Source: Prorocentrum cordatum (taxonomy: Eukaryota). From it: DNA of 64,000 nucleotides. The stretch spans positions 1 through 64,000 of the forward strand of contig CAUYUJ010000176.1 in assembly GCA_963575745.1 (NCBI GenBank). The letters are read 5' to 3'. The notes beneath the pieces are model-generated. The model was not told the DNA's origin, searched no databases, and was given only the letters and a program-made list of their open reading frames with translations. Both the position numbers and the translations under genes were made by a program. This document shows positions 14,634 through 28,019 of this stretch, piece by piece; the stretch's first letter is position 1; each line of letters begins with the position of its first letter.

Positions 14634-14873
14634 GACTACTACTACTACTACTACTTACTTAACTAACTACCTAACCAACTAACTAACACTACACACTACC
14701 ACTGCTACTTCGGACTACTTACTGCTACTACGACTACTACTACTACTCTACTACTACTACTACTACGACTACGGACATTACTACTACTGCTACTACTTAT
14801 ACGACTATACTACTATATACTACTACTACACGACACTACCACTACGACTACGACTACGACGAACTACTATTAT

Positions 14874-14966
<93 letters not shown>

Positions 14967-15302
14967 GAACCAGGTCGCGGGCGCTGAAGAAATCCCATCG
15001 CCGGGTGTCTGAGTGCGTGAGCACCGATGATGGCCTACGACGGGCCCGTTAAGGGCCGATGAACATGTGCAGAAGGTTCGTGTCGCGGCGACGCGGCCGG
15101 CGTCTCCGGCGCGTACGTCCAAGGTTATATTGTGCGCGAGTTGATTGTGGGCGTGAGGCCAAGGAATGATTGACGATGATGCCGATGTTGATGCTGATGA
15201 TGGCGCTGGTGGTGATGATGAGGTTGGTGATGATGCTGATGATGCTGATGATGATGATGGTAGTTGTGGTGGTGGTGGCGGTGATGGTACTGATGGAGAC
15301 GG

Positions 15303-15349
<47 letters not shown>

Positions 15350-16027
15350 TTAATGAGTATGACAAGGATTATGGTCATACTGATGATGATAAGGAGTAGG
15401 AGGAGGAGGAGGGGGAGGAGGATTGTGATGGTGATGGTGGTGCTGGTGCTTGTGATTATTGTGGTGGTGTGGACGAGGAGGAGGAGCAGGAGGAAGAGGA
15501 GGATGCCCGCCCTCCTCGATCGGCCCTCGATCCTCGATCCTCGATCGATCCTCGTGATCGATCCTCGATCGATCCCCGATCCTCGACTGATCCTTCATAC
15601 ACGATTGATCCTCGATTTTCGATTCGCGATCGATCCTCGATCCTCGATTGATCTTCCGCTTCCGACTTCTGTCTCCTCCTGCTTCCCTCTTTTGCCCTCG
15701 CTTGATGTCTCCTCCGCCTGCTCGTTCTCCTCTGCCTCCTCCTATACCTGCTGCTCTTCTTGCTTCTCCTCCTCTTCCTCCTCGTCGTAGTCCTCCTCCT
15801 CCTCCTCCCTTCCGGAAGTGGAAATAGACACAGGCACAATGGAACGTCGCTCCCCAGGAACATATGGGCAAAGAGGGGAAGTGAATGGGGATACCGAAGC
15901 TCCAGACAATGTGGGGGAAACCGGGGGGAGATCCTGGGACCCGTGTCTACGACAAGGGGGAGAATGGGGAACGGACGGACATCCTTGGCTCCTTGGCTCG
16001 GGCATCTCAGGATCCTGGGATCCGAAG

Positions 16028-16134
16028 GTGCGGGGGGAGCTCCCGGCCTCGGCGGCGCCTCCGCCCCGCCCCTCCCCGAGGAGGGCGGCCCGGACGCGCT
16101 GGGGGAGCGGCTGCGGGCCGCGCTGCTGGACGAG
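16028..16134 (+). CDS. Putative exon of host gene (GAGGAPGLGGASAPPLPEEGGPDALGERLRAALLDE), copy 1
   Basis: AAG|G acceptor, GAG|GC donor, strongly GC3-biased codons. Confidence 0.5.
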
Positions 16135-16433
16135 GCGCCCACGCGCTGCGAGGCGGAGGACGCCGCCGCCGCGCCTCGGCGGCCCCATCGGCGGGCCCTC
16201 GGCGGGCCTCGGATAGCGCCCTCGGGGCGGGACCTCGGCGGGCCCCTCGCACGGGCGAGCGGTGCTCCCCCAGAGCCCCGACGTCTCGACGAGAAGGAAC
16301 ACCGCTCAGGGAAGGACGACCTCCTCCTCCTCGTTCTCCTCCTCCTCCTCCTCCTCCTCCGTACTCCTCCTCCTCCTCCTCCTCCTCCTCCTCCTCCTCC
16401 TCCTCCTCCTCCTCCTCCCCCTCCTCCTCCTCC

Positions 16434-16533
16434 NNNNNNNNNNNNNNNNNNNNNNNNNNNNNNNNNNNNNNNNNNNNNNNNNNNNNNNNNNNNNNNNNNN
16501 NNNNNNNNNNNNNNNNNNNNNNNNNNNNNNNNN
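16434..16533. other. Assembly gap (100 N)
   Basis: Run of N. Confidence 1.
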
Positions 16534-18077
16534 GGGGGGGGGGGGGGGGGGGGGGGAGGGGCAAGCTAGGTGCGCTCGCGTCATATCTGACGTCCTACCC
16601 CTCCCTCCCATCCCTTACCATGGCGCTGATTTTCTCTATCCGCGGACGCGTGTCGTAGCGGACCTGTGGCTCCGCGCGCGCGTGCGTAACTAGTTGGTGG
16701 TGGTGCGCGTGCGTGCGTGCGTGCGTGTGTGCGTGGTTGTGGTGGTGGTGCTGGTGCTGGTGCTGGTGCTGGTGCTGGTGCTGGTGCTGGTGCTGGTGCT
16801 GGTGCTGGTGCTGGTGCTGGTGCTGGTGCTGGTGCTGGTGTTGGTGCTGGTGTTGGTGCTGGTGCTGGTGCTGGTGCTGGTGCTGGTGCTGGTGCTGGTG
16901 CTGGTGCTGGTGCTGGTGCTGGTGCTGGTGCTGGTGCTGGTGCTGGTGTTGGTGGTGGTGGTGGTGGTGGTGGTGGTGGTGGTGGTGGTGGTGGTGGTGG
17001 TGGTGCGGCGCGGTGGTGGCGGGCGGATGGGCGCGCGAGAAAGAGGCCCGCGCTGGGGCGAGAACGCCATCCTCAACGACGGAAGCCAAACACCGATCCG
17101 AAAATGAGGCCCACGCTGGAGCGGGAGCACGATTCGGAACGATTCGGGAGCAGAAATGAGGCCGTCGCCTCAGCGAGAGCAGCATTTTAGAAAAAAACAC
17201 AAGCGAAAACCCAACTCCGGGGAATCCTGTGTGTAAAAAACAGTACGCGGGGGGGTGCCGAATATCTTCCGGACGGCCATCAGGGGAAGTGGGAGAGTAT
17301 TTCATATTGTGTAATTGGTGGAGGGCGGGGAGGGGGGGAGGGGAGAGGGGGGAGAGGGTGAGGGGACAGGGGGGAGGGGAGAGGGAGGGAGGAGGGGGGA
17401 GTGTGAAGGGGGGATGGATGGGGGGAAGGGGGAGGAGGAGGGGGAGGAGTAGGCGGAGGAGGAGGGGGAGGATGAGGATGAGGAGGATGATGCTGATGAT
17501 GGTGATGATGATGAGGAGGAGAAGGACGAGGAGGAATAGGAGGAGGTTGAGGAGGAGGAGGAGGAGGAGGAGGGATGAGGGATGAGGAGGAGGAGGAAGA
17601 GGAGGAGGAGGAGGAGGAGGAGGGAGAGGACGACGAAGAAGAAGAAGAATAATAACCATAATAAGCAGAAACAGAAACATCTTAGTACTGAGACGAAGGC
17701 GCAGAAGAAGAGGAGGATGAGGAGAACGATGGAGGAGGATGAGGAGGGTGGAGGAGGAGGGGAGGACGGAGAAGGAGGATAAGCAGGAGGATATGTTGAA
17801 TAAGGTTTGGCGATTTGCTCCCACCCCCCTCGATTGGCGCGCGGGCAGTGAGTCGAAGCGAACGCGGCCCGTCAGGGTTCAAGGCGCGGCGGTGCCCGAA
17901 CCTCTGATGTGCATAGTGAGCTTGGCAGGGCGACGTGTGGCCCTCCCTCGATGTCGCGATCGTGCAGGATGCATCACCGCCACCACCACGACGACTGATA
18001 ATACGACGAATTGCATTACTACCACTACTGCGACGACGACGTCGGCGACGACGACGACGACGTTGACGACGACGACG

Positions 18078-18112
<35 letters not shown>

Positions 18113-18138
18113 GACTACTACGACTACTATTGCGACTA

Positions 18139-18194
<56 letters not shown>

Positions 18195-18229
18195 GACTAC
18201 TGCTACTACTACTACTACCACCACTACCG

Positions 18230-18269
<40 letters not shown>

Positions 18270-18390
18270 CACTACTACTACTACTCTTTTTGCTACAACA
18301 GCGACTACGATTACGACGGCGACGACGACGGCCACTGCAATTACGAGAGCTACGAGAATTATTACTATTATGACAGTTGCTACTACTACG

Positions 18391-18424
<34 letters not shown>

Positions 18425-18431
18425 GTACTAG

Positions 18432-18503
<72 letters not shown>

Positions 18504-18855
18504 CTACTACTACCTACTACTACTAATACTACTACTAATAATATTAACAATCATGAAACTAATAAGAATAATAATAGTAATACCTCGGCTGCAAGTAGTA
18601 CTGCTACTACTACAACTACCACTGCTACAAATACGACGATTACTATTCTCGCTTTTGCGATTACTAGTACTACCACTTCTACTGCTATTACTACGACTGA
18701 GACGACGACGACGACTACTATTACTACAGCTACTACTACTACTATTACTACTACTACTACTACTACGAGTAAGCTTACTGATCTTATTATTACTAGTACT
18801 ACTACTGCAACTGCGACTGCGATTAGTACGACTGACACTAGTACGCATATGACTG

Positions 18856-18892
<37 letters not shown>

Positions 18893-18893
18893 G

Positions 18894-18931
<38 letters not shown>

Positions 18932-19427
18932 GATTACTACTACTACTACTACTACTACTACTACGTCAACTCCTCCTCCTACTACTACTACTGCTACCAC
19001 GACTGGCACTACCACTAAGAATACAATTACGACTACCAGTATTATCGCTACTACTATTACCACGGGTACGATTACGATTACGACTATTGCTATTGCTTCT
19101 GCTACTACGGCTGCGACTACTACGACTTCGGCTACTACGACTACTACTCCGACCACCAACGACTATTATTTTCATAGTGGCTCCTTCTTTGGAGACGAAA
19201 AGGGTCGCGCGCCGAAATCCATTCCAGACGAAATTGCGGTTTTTCCTAGAGTTTCAGTGTGCAGGCGCGCCCTGCCGCGCGGTGGTTTCCAGTCGCACCT
19301 TAGAGCGTGCTGACGCATAATGCAATTCATTTGTATTGCACGTTGCGCATGCTATCGCGTCACGCATGGCTTGAGCTACTTCGCAGACACTTTCTGGCGA
19401 GGGTTTTCGGGGGCCCTCTCAGGGCCC

Positions 19428-20125
19428 GCTGGGGTCGCCGAGTGCCGAGAGCTCCCGGCAACCATTGTCGACTGTTGGCAAAGGCAACGTCGCCGAAATG
19501 GCCGCCGATAGAGCCGCCGAAAGGGCCGCCGAGATTGCCGCCGAAGGGGCCGCCGAAACAGCCGTCGGAAGGGCCGCCGGAATTGCCGCCGAAATTGCCG
19601 CCGAAATTGCCACCGAAATCGCCGCCGAAATTGCCGCCGAAATTGCCGCCGAAATTGCCGCCGAAATGTCCGCCGAAATTCCAGATGGCTCCGCCGAAAA
19701 CAGGCCGAATTTGACCTTGGCTGTTACTCTATGCCTGTGTCTGCGGCGTCATCGTGCTTACTGGAACAGCGATTTCGCTTGCGACGGGGCAGTGAAAATT
19801 TCGGCGGCTGAATTTCGGCGGCGACTTCGGCGGCTGAGTTGCGGCGGCTATTTTGGCGGAATTCGCAGGTATTTCGGCGGCAATTTCGGCGGTGAGTTCG
19901 GCGGCAAGTTCGGCGGAACGTTCGGCGGCAATTTCGGTGGCAATTTCGGCGGCGATTTCGGCGGCAATTTTGGCGGCAATTTCGGCGGCGATTTCGGCGA
20001 CGATTTCGGCTTCCGTTTCGGCGGCCCTCCTGGCGGCCCTTTCAATGACCATTTCGGCGGTTTTGCTTTTGACAGCTGCCGACGAATGCTGCTGGGAGTT
20101 CGCAGCACTCAGCTGCGGCAAAGAG
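19428..20125. mobile_element. Foldback-like element with modular 12-bp inverted arms
   Basis: Left arm gccgagtgccgagagctcccggca...cgccgaaatgg plus (GCCGCCGAAATT)n; ~100-bp loop; right arm (AATTTCGGCGGC)n plus ccatttcggcgg...tgctgggagttcgcagcactcagc. Confidence 0.65.
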
Positions 20126-20536
20126 TCGATGTGCGGCGAGGCAGGCTGACCTGACCTCAGCCCGACGATGATTGTAACTTGTGTTCTCTTGTGGTTTTGG
20201 CGGTGATGATGGCGACGGCCGCGGTAGTGTTTGGTTCAACATGGATGCTCGTCCGGGGGCAGTGCAGGCTGGCCTACGCGCCCAGCACTGCATGCTTTCA
20301 AACAAGAAAAAATTGCCGCGCAACTCCTTTGGAATTCGGCGGCAATTTGGGGGGTCGTGGTGGTTCCAAAGGATTGTCCTCGGTGATTATTTATACATGT
20401 GCTATTATTATTATTGCGACGACTACTACAACGACGATTATTGCTACTATTGTCGTTAGTACACTTACTGCTTCTACGACGGTTACTATTACTACTACTG
20501 CGACTCCTACTACTACCACTACCATTACCACTACCA

Positions 20537-20578
<42 letters not shown>

Positions 20579-20627
20579 TTACTACTACTACTACTACTAC
20601 GACGACTAGGACTACGACTACGACTAT

Positions 20628-20677
<50 letters not shown>

Positions 20678-20686
20678 TTACTACTT

Positions 20687-20736
<50 letters not shown>

Positions 20737-21134
20737 GCGATTACTACTACGACTACTGCTTCTATTACTATTATTGCCACTACTACTACAGCTAGTACTC
20801 GTAGGAGTAGTAGTCGTAGTGCTAGGAGTAGTAGTAGTAGTACTACAACTACGACTACAACTACTGGTACTGCTGCTACTATTACTATTACTACTACTAC
20901 TACTACTACTGGTACGATTTCCTCCTACGACTAAAAATACAAAAGGGTACTGCGAGTAGGACTACGGCTACTACTATCACTCGCACTCCCCATACCTATT
21001 CTACTTCTACTGCGACGAGTCCTACTACTACCTCGAGTCCTACTACTACACCGACTGCTACTACTATTACTACTACTACTATTACTAATACTACTACTAC
21101 TATCACTACTATTACTACTACTACTACGACTACG

Positions 21135-21169
<35 letters not shown>

Positions 21170-21216
21170 GACTACTACTACGACTACTACTACTACTATT
21201 TCTACTACTACTACTA

Positions 21217-21248
<32 letters not shown>

Positions 21249-21291
21249 GCGACTACGACTACGACTACGACTACGACTACGTCGACGACTC

Positions 21292-21322
<31 letters not shown>

Positions 21323-21379
21323 TACTACTACTACTACTACTACTACTGGTATTACTACTACGACTACTACTACTACTAG

Positions 21380-21423
<44 letters not shown>

Positions 21424-21624
21424 TCGAACTTGGACTATAAGACTGCGCACGACGACCTTCCTCTTGAACCCATTATTCTACTACTACTACTACTACTACT
21501 ACTATTACGACTACCACTACTATACTCTATACAACGACTACTACCTACTATTTTGTACTACTACTACTACTACTACTACTACTATCGACTACTACTACTA
21601 CTACTACTACTATTACTATGCGAT

Positions 21625-21692
<68 letters not shown>

Positions 21693-21941
21693 ACTACTAC
21701 TACTACTGCTACTACTACGACTACGACTACAACTACGACTACGACGTTTCGTTTTTTATTAGGACGACGGTGACTACTACGACTGCTGCTGCTATTACCA
21801 CTTCTACTACTACTACTACTACTACTACCACGACTACTACTACTACTTTTCCGACGACTACTACTACTTTTACTACTACTACTACTGTTACTACCACTAC
21901 TACCACGGCTACTACTACTACTACTACTACCACTACTACTA

Positions 21942-22013
<72 letters not shown>

Positions 22014-22060
22014 ACTACTACTACTACTACCACGACTACCACGGCTACTACCACTACTAT

Positions 22061-22207
<147 letters not shown>

Positions 22208-22208
22208 T

Positions 22209-22380
<172 letters not shown>

Positions 22381-22716
22381 GAACCAGGTCGCGGGCGCTG
22401 AAGAAATCCCATCGCCGGGTGTCTGAGTGCGTGAGCACCGATGATGGCCTACGACGGGCCCGTTAAGGGCCGATGAACATGTGCAGAAGGTTCGTGTCGC
22501 GGCGACGCGGCCGGCGTCTCCGGCGCGTACGTCCAAGGTTATATTGTGCGCGAGTTGATTGTGGGCGTGAGGCCAAGGAATGATTGACGATGATGCCGAT
22601 GTTGATGCTGATGATGGCGCTGGTGGTGATGATGAGGTTGGTGATGATGCTGATGATGCTGATGATGATGATGGTAGTTGTGGTGGTGGTGGCGGTGATG
22701 GTACTGATGGAGACGG

Positions 22717-22763
<47 letters not shown>

Positions 22764-23441
22764 TTAATGAGTATGACAAGGATTATGGTCATACTGATGA
22801 TGATAAGGAGTAGGAGGAGGAGGAGGGGGAGGAGGATTGTGATGGTGATGGTGGTGCTGGTGCTTGTGATTATTGTGGTGGTGTGGACGAGGAGGAGGAG
22901 CAGGAGGAAGAGGAGGATGCCCGCCCTCCTCGATCGGCCCTCGATCCTCGATCCTCGATCGATCCTCGTGATCGATCCTCGATCGATCCCCGATCCTCGA
23001 CTGATCCTTCATACACGATTGATCCTCGATTTTCGATTCGCGATCGATCCTCGATCCTCGATTGATCTTCCGCTTCCGACTTCTGTCTCCTCCTGCTTCC
23101 CTCTTTTGCCCTCGCTTGATGTCTCCTCCGCCTGCTCGTTCTCCTCTGCCTCCTCCTATACCTGCTGCTCTTCTTGCTTCTCCTCCTCTTCCTCCTCGTC
23201 GTAGTCCTCCTCCTCCTCCTCCCTTCCGGAAGTGGAAATAGACACAGGCACAATGGAACGTCGCTCCCCAGGAACATATGGGCAAAGAGGGGAAGTGAAT
23301 GGGGATACCGAAGCTCCAGACAATGTGGGGGAAACCGGGGGGAGATCCTGGGACCCGTGTCTACGACAAGGGGGAGAATGGGGAACGGACGGACATCCTT
23401 GGCTCCTTGGCTCGGGCATCTCAGGATCCTGGGATCCGAAG

Positions 23442-23548
23442 GTGCGGGGGGAGCTCCCGGCCTCGGCGGCGCCTCCGCCCCGCCCCTCCCCGAGGAGGGC
23501 GGCCCGGACGCGCTGGGGGAGCGGCTGCGGGCCGCGCTGCTGGACGAG
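23442..23548 (+). CDS. Putative exon of host gene, duplicate of 16028-16134
   Basis: Identical sequence and splice signals. Confidence 0.5.
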
Positions 23549-24032
23549 GCGCCCACGCGCTGCGAGGCGGAGGACGCCGCCGCCGCGCCTCGGCGGCCCC
23601 ATCGGCGGGCCCTCGGCGGGCCTCGGATAGCGCCCTCGGGGCGGGACCTCGGCGGGCCCCTCGCACGGGCGAGCGGTGCTCCCCCAGAGCCCCGACGTCT
23701 CGACGAGAAGGAACACCGCTCAGGGAAGGACGACCTCCTCCTCCTCGTTCTCCTCCTCCTCCTCCTCCTCCTCCGTACTCCTCCTCCTCCTCCTCCTCCT
23801 CCTCCTCCTCCTCCTCCTCCTCCTCTCCTCCTCCTCCTCCTCCTCCTCCTCCTCCTCCTCCTCCTCCTCCTCCTCCTCCTCCTCATGCTACCCCCTCTCG
23901 AGGGTGGACGCAGCCCCGTCGAGGATGGACGCCCCCCCACCTTGCATCCCGGGGGGTGGGGCCCCAGATGTCTGGCCCGCTCGAGCGCTCCACGAAGCCT
24001 GGGGTAGGGGCCGGCATGCAGTCGGACCGAGG

Positions 24033-24211
24033 TGCAATCGGGGGAGAAAAAGATACGGATACGTGTTGTCCCCCGTCGTTTTTGGCCTTTCCTGGTCCTC
24101 CTGGGGAATCCTCGTCGTCACCGCTGGATTCGCCTCGAAATTCTGGTCAGAACGCACCCCAAGAGAGGTCCGGGGACAACACGTATCCGTATCTTTCCGC
24201 CCCCAAATGCA
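24033..24211. mobile_element. MITE-like palindromic element
   Basis: TIRs aaagatacggatacgtgttgtcccc / ggggacaacacgtatccgtatcttt (perfect 25 bp) with imperfect outer extension. Confidence 0.75.
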
Positions 24212-24702
24212 AGGCCGAGGCCGAGGCCGGTTCGGCCAGGGCACCCTGGTGTTCTGCGCGCTCGATGGATGCTCTTGTGCATCCTGGGGAGGGTGCCCTT
24301 GGATGTTCTGCCTGTTTTGGCCCTGCGGAGAGCCTCGCGTTCTCGGGGGCATGTCCTTCTGGCCTCGGCCCGGCGGTCGCCCCCGGAGGATCCTCGGCGG
24401 GCTTCGGAGGGCCTCGCTGCTCCCTCGGGCGGCCCCTCGGCGGGCCTTGCGGCAGCCTCCTCGCGGCCGTTGTGGCGGTGAGGCGATGCAGCGGTGCGCC
24501 GCCGCCGCCGCCGCCCGTCGTCGTCGTCTTCGCCCTCGTCGTCGTCTTCGCCCTCGTCGTCGTCGTCGTCGGCGCAGTCCTCCTGATCCTCCTCCTCCCG
24601 AACCTCCTCCTCCTCCTCCGGCTCCTCCTCCTCCTCCTGCTCCTCCTCGCCTCCTGCTGCTGCTCCTCCTCCTCCGCCCCGTTGTCTCCGTCGTCGCCGT
24701 CG

Positions 24703-24733
<31 letters not shown>

Positions 24734-25591
24734 TGTCGCCGTCGTCGCCGTCGTCGCCTTCATCGCCGCCGCCATCGGCGCTGCCGGCGGCGGCGGCGTC
24801 GTCGCCGTCGTCGTCGTCGTCGCCCGCATAGGTTTTTGGATACCCTAGACATTCTCGTCGCCGTGGCTGGGCGCGGTTCGTGAAACTGGCCAGGAAGGAC
24901 CCTGGCAGTGAAGGTGGGGTCTGCGAACGGAGGTCGAGAGGACGTTTGTTGCTGCTGTCGTCGTCGGAAACATCGCGGCGACCAGTTCTCCCCGTTTAAG
25001 GGTTTGAGCTCAGGGTTCTCTTTGTGTTGTCTGGCCACTGGCTCTAGTAGGCCATGTGGGTGTAAAGCAAGTGAACAGCAGTGAATGTCGGACCCACCAT
25101 ACGCAACAAGTACTTGCGCAGATTGGGGTATCGATCGAACCTGCGTTCGGTGCGTGCTCACTTGACACGTGCTTTCATGTGTGTAAGCGCCAAGGCGGAT
25201 GGTTTAACGTGCAGTATTGTATGCAGCGGACTCGGCAGCGCACAGACTCCGTGACGGCGTGACAGAAATACCGCAGAATGTTGCGCTGGTCAGCCCCCTC
25301 TGTCTGCGACCGTTCAGATTGCCACCGCGATGCTCCCATCTTTGAAGCCGTGCACGTGTCTGCCGACATTTGATTCCCAGGCTCGCAATGTTACCGCTGT
25401 CCGCACATCCCTGTTCTGTCGCCGCTGTAACACATCTTCTGCTCCGCGTCGCTCGTGGAGGCAACTCTAATTGATCCCGCTGGCCGCTTCATTGAGTTGG
25501 CTGAGATGGCCAGCCTCCTCGTTCTCCCTCCCCCCCGTCAAGATCTAGGCATCACCTGACTCGGGGGCCCCGAACGCTGTGGTAATCTCAT

Positions 25592-25791
25592 TCGGCGGCG
25601 AGCGAAGGGGGGAAGTGAGAAGGAGATGGCCTTCTCAGTAGGCGGCGGGACTTCCCGCAAGCCCTCGCGCCTTCTGAGACGTTTTCTATGTCTTTGGGGA
25701 CGGTTTAGCAAGCTTCTCAGACGGCCTGAGGACTCCCAAGCCTTCTGAGAAGGCCGTCTCCTTCTCACTTCCCCCCTGGACTCGCCGCCGA
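25592..25791. mobile_element. MITE-like element, TCGGCGGCGAG-TIR family, copy 2
   Basis: TIRs tcggcggcgagcgaaggggggaagtgagaaggag / ctccttctcacttcccccctggactcgccgccga. Confidence 0.75.
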
Positions 25792-26652
25792 CACACAGTA
25801 TGGATTCGGGGTCACCGAACGGTTTTGGGACTCGGGTCGTTGTCGGAGGATGTCTCGGGCGACGGGGGCCTCCAGGGTCCCAAGACCGTGCCGTGTCGGA
25901 CCGTGCGGTGAGGTCTCTTGGGATTCCGAGGTCACCGCGCAGTCTGCCACATCCACAGCTGACGGGGGCTGATCGTTGACAAGCTAGACCTGGCCGGCCG
26001 AACGCGCTGGATCTCAGCGGGTCTGCGGATGACGATATGGACCATCCCGCCCCCGAGCCACCCGCAGCCCCCGCCCTCTCGATCGGCCGCTGTCGCTGTT
26101 AGCCTCCCACTTCGCCTGCGATGGCGCCCAGCGCAGAGAATATGAAGGGCTGCCAGCTGGAAAGTGGTACAGTCAGGGCGCTGAGAGAAGGACCCCTTTG
26201 GGCTCAGAAAAGGGGCTCTGGTGGACATCGGGCAGGGGTCCGAGTCGAAGCCTAGGCTTGCCGTGGCCAGAGAAGCCCCTTCGTTCCTTGTTCATTGTTC
26301 CTGACGCGAGTGCAATGCCTGTACCCATCGGTCGTTGAAAGTAGGTATTTCTGGATTCCCAGATTCCAATCTTCTTTTGGCGCCTTCCTACTTCAAGGAT
26401 CGACTGGCTTCATTCTTCCCTCCACATCAGGGAGCGGGCGGAGGCCCAATCTACTTCAAGTGCCTTCGTACTTCATGGTTCTACCTACTTCGTCCGACCG
26501 ATGGGTATCGCAACGCCGTGGTGTGATGCCAGCGTGTGCCGCTGCTGGGGCTTTCGGGGCCGGCGTTTCGGGCAGACCCGGCAGGCGTTGCCGGGCACTT
26601 TGCCCTCTGCGAGGGGGGCGAGGAGCACGCGACAGGGGTGATTCAGCGTGGT

Positions 26653-26798
26653 CTTTGGTCGGGCATGTCCTCCTACAGGAGGATTTGGGACGAAAAACTG
26701 AACATACTCCAAACATATTTTCAAACATATCCACAGAATACTAGAAACACCTGTAGAGGGACATGCCCCCCCTGTAGAGGGACATGCCCGACTGAAAG
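26653..26798. mobile_element. MITE-like element, GTCGGGCATGTCC-TIR family
   Basis: gtcgggcatgtcctcctacagg / cctgtagagggacatgcccgac; related copy at 38068-38235. Confidence 0.7.
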
Positions 26799-27160
26799 TG
26801 TGGTCGAGACGGCGGAGGCCCCAGCAGTATGAGGGGGCGTCTTGGAAGGGTCCGCCTTCGCCTGTTGCGCAGGACATCCGCCTGAGCTTCGTGGTGCGGG
26901 TCTCGGCAAAGTATTGGATCGGCAAGGCCTCTCCTCGGGGAAACGAGCAGTGACATACACAGACAAACTCGGAGGTCCGCGCGGATTTCTCGGATCGGCG
27001 CTGGGGCCCCTGGCGGCGCCTCCAGCGCCGCCCCTGGCGCGCTCCGCGCGCCAGGGAGGGGGGTCCAGCGCCGATCCGAGCCCCGTGCCGCTCCCCTATC
27101 CCTATCTTCCCTCTGCCGCTGCCCCGTGCCCCGTGCCCCCTCCACTGCGAGCGCGTTCCA

Positions 27161-27269
27161 CTACTCGCAACGTGCCTGCCCGCAAACGCCAGAAAAAAGC
27201 ACACATGTCTGCTCTGATGTCATTCATCGTGGATCCCTCGCGGGGGATCGAAAGGCCATCTGCGAGTAG
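27161..27269. mobile_element. Mini-element, CTACTCGCA-TIR family
   Basis: ctactcgca...tgcgagtag termini; relatives at 37575, 42602 and 43669. Confidence 0.6.
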
Positions 27270-28019
27270 GTATTGGGCTGGCCTCCGGCCAGTGCCGCCG
27301 ATCCGGGGGGGGCGGGGTGAGACCGAAAAACGTCGGAAATGACGTCGGCAAGAATCCCAGGTACAGAAAACCGTCGGAAATGACGCCGGAAATAACGCAC
27401 GCCCCCCCCCCCCTGCAGAGCGAAGCTTGAGCGAGCTCAAGTCCACGCCCTCAGAAACTCTTTCGCTTGCCCGCTTGTCAGGGTACCCCTGGGGTTCTCG
27501 TCGCCCGCCGCCCCAAAAGTCCCAACTTCGGCTTCCAAGGGTCTCGCGTCCTTACCGCGCGTCCTCCTTAGGGTTTCTGACTGCAGTTCCTTTGCGGGGC
27601 GCGCAACGCGCTCGTCTCCCTGCTGCCGCCCCTCGCCCCTCTCGCCGCTCGCCCCGCGGCGCGCTGCGGGCACGACCCCGAGGCCGCGCCCCCTGCGCCG
27701 GCCGCCCGCCCCTCGTGCCCTGCGCGTGCCCTCCCCCTCGGCGGCTCCTTGGCATCGCTCGGGCGCGCGCCGGCTTCCTTCGGCCCGCTTCCTTCGGCGA
27801 GGACCATCGAAGAGCACATGGGATCATCCATCCCCCAGAGAAAAACGCCCACGGAACCGAACCCGAGGAGGGGGAGGACGAGGAGGGGGAGGAGGGGGGG
27901 GAGGATTCTGCTATGAGGGTTCTGCTATCCTGATCTGCCGCGCCATGAGCAAGAGAGCGCGACCGACGACGATGAGACAGCACCATCCCCCAGGCCTCTC
28001 CTGGGCGACATGGGGCTGC

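Noticed and set aside
19465..20154. ORF with AAEI and GGNF repeats
   Set aside because: Translation of the 12-bp inverted arrays; AAEI and GGNF tracts are reverse complements of the same DNA unit.
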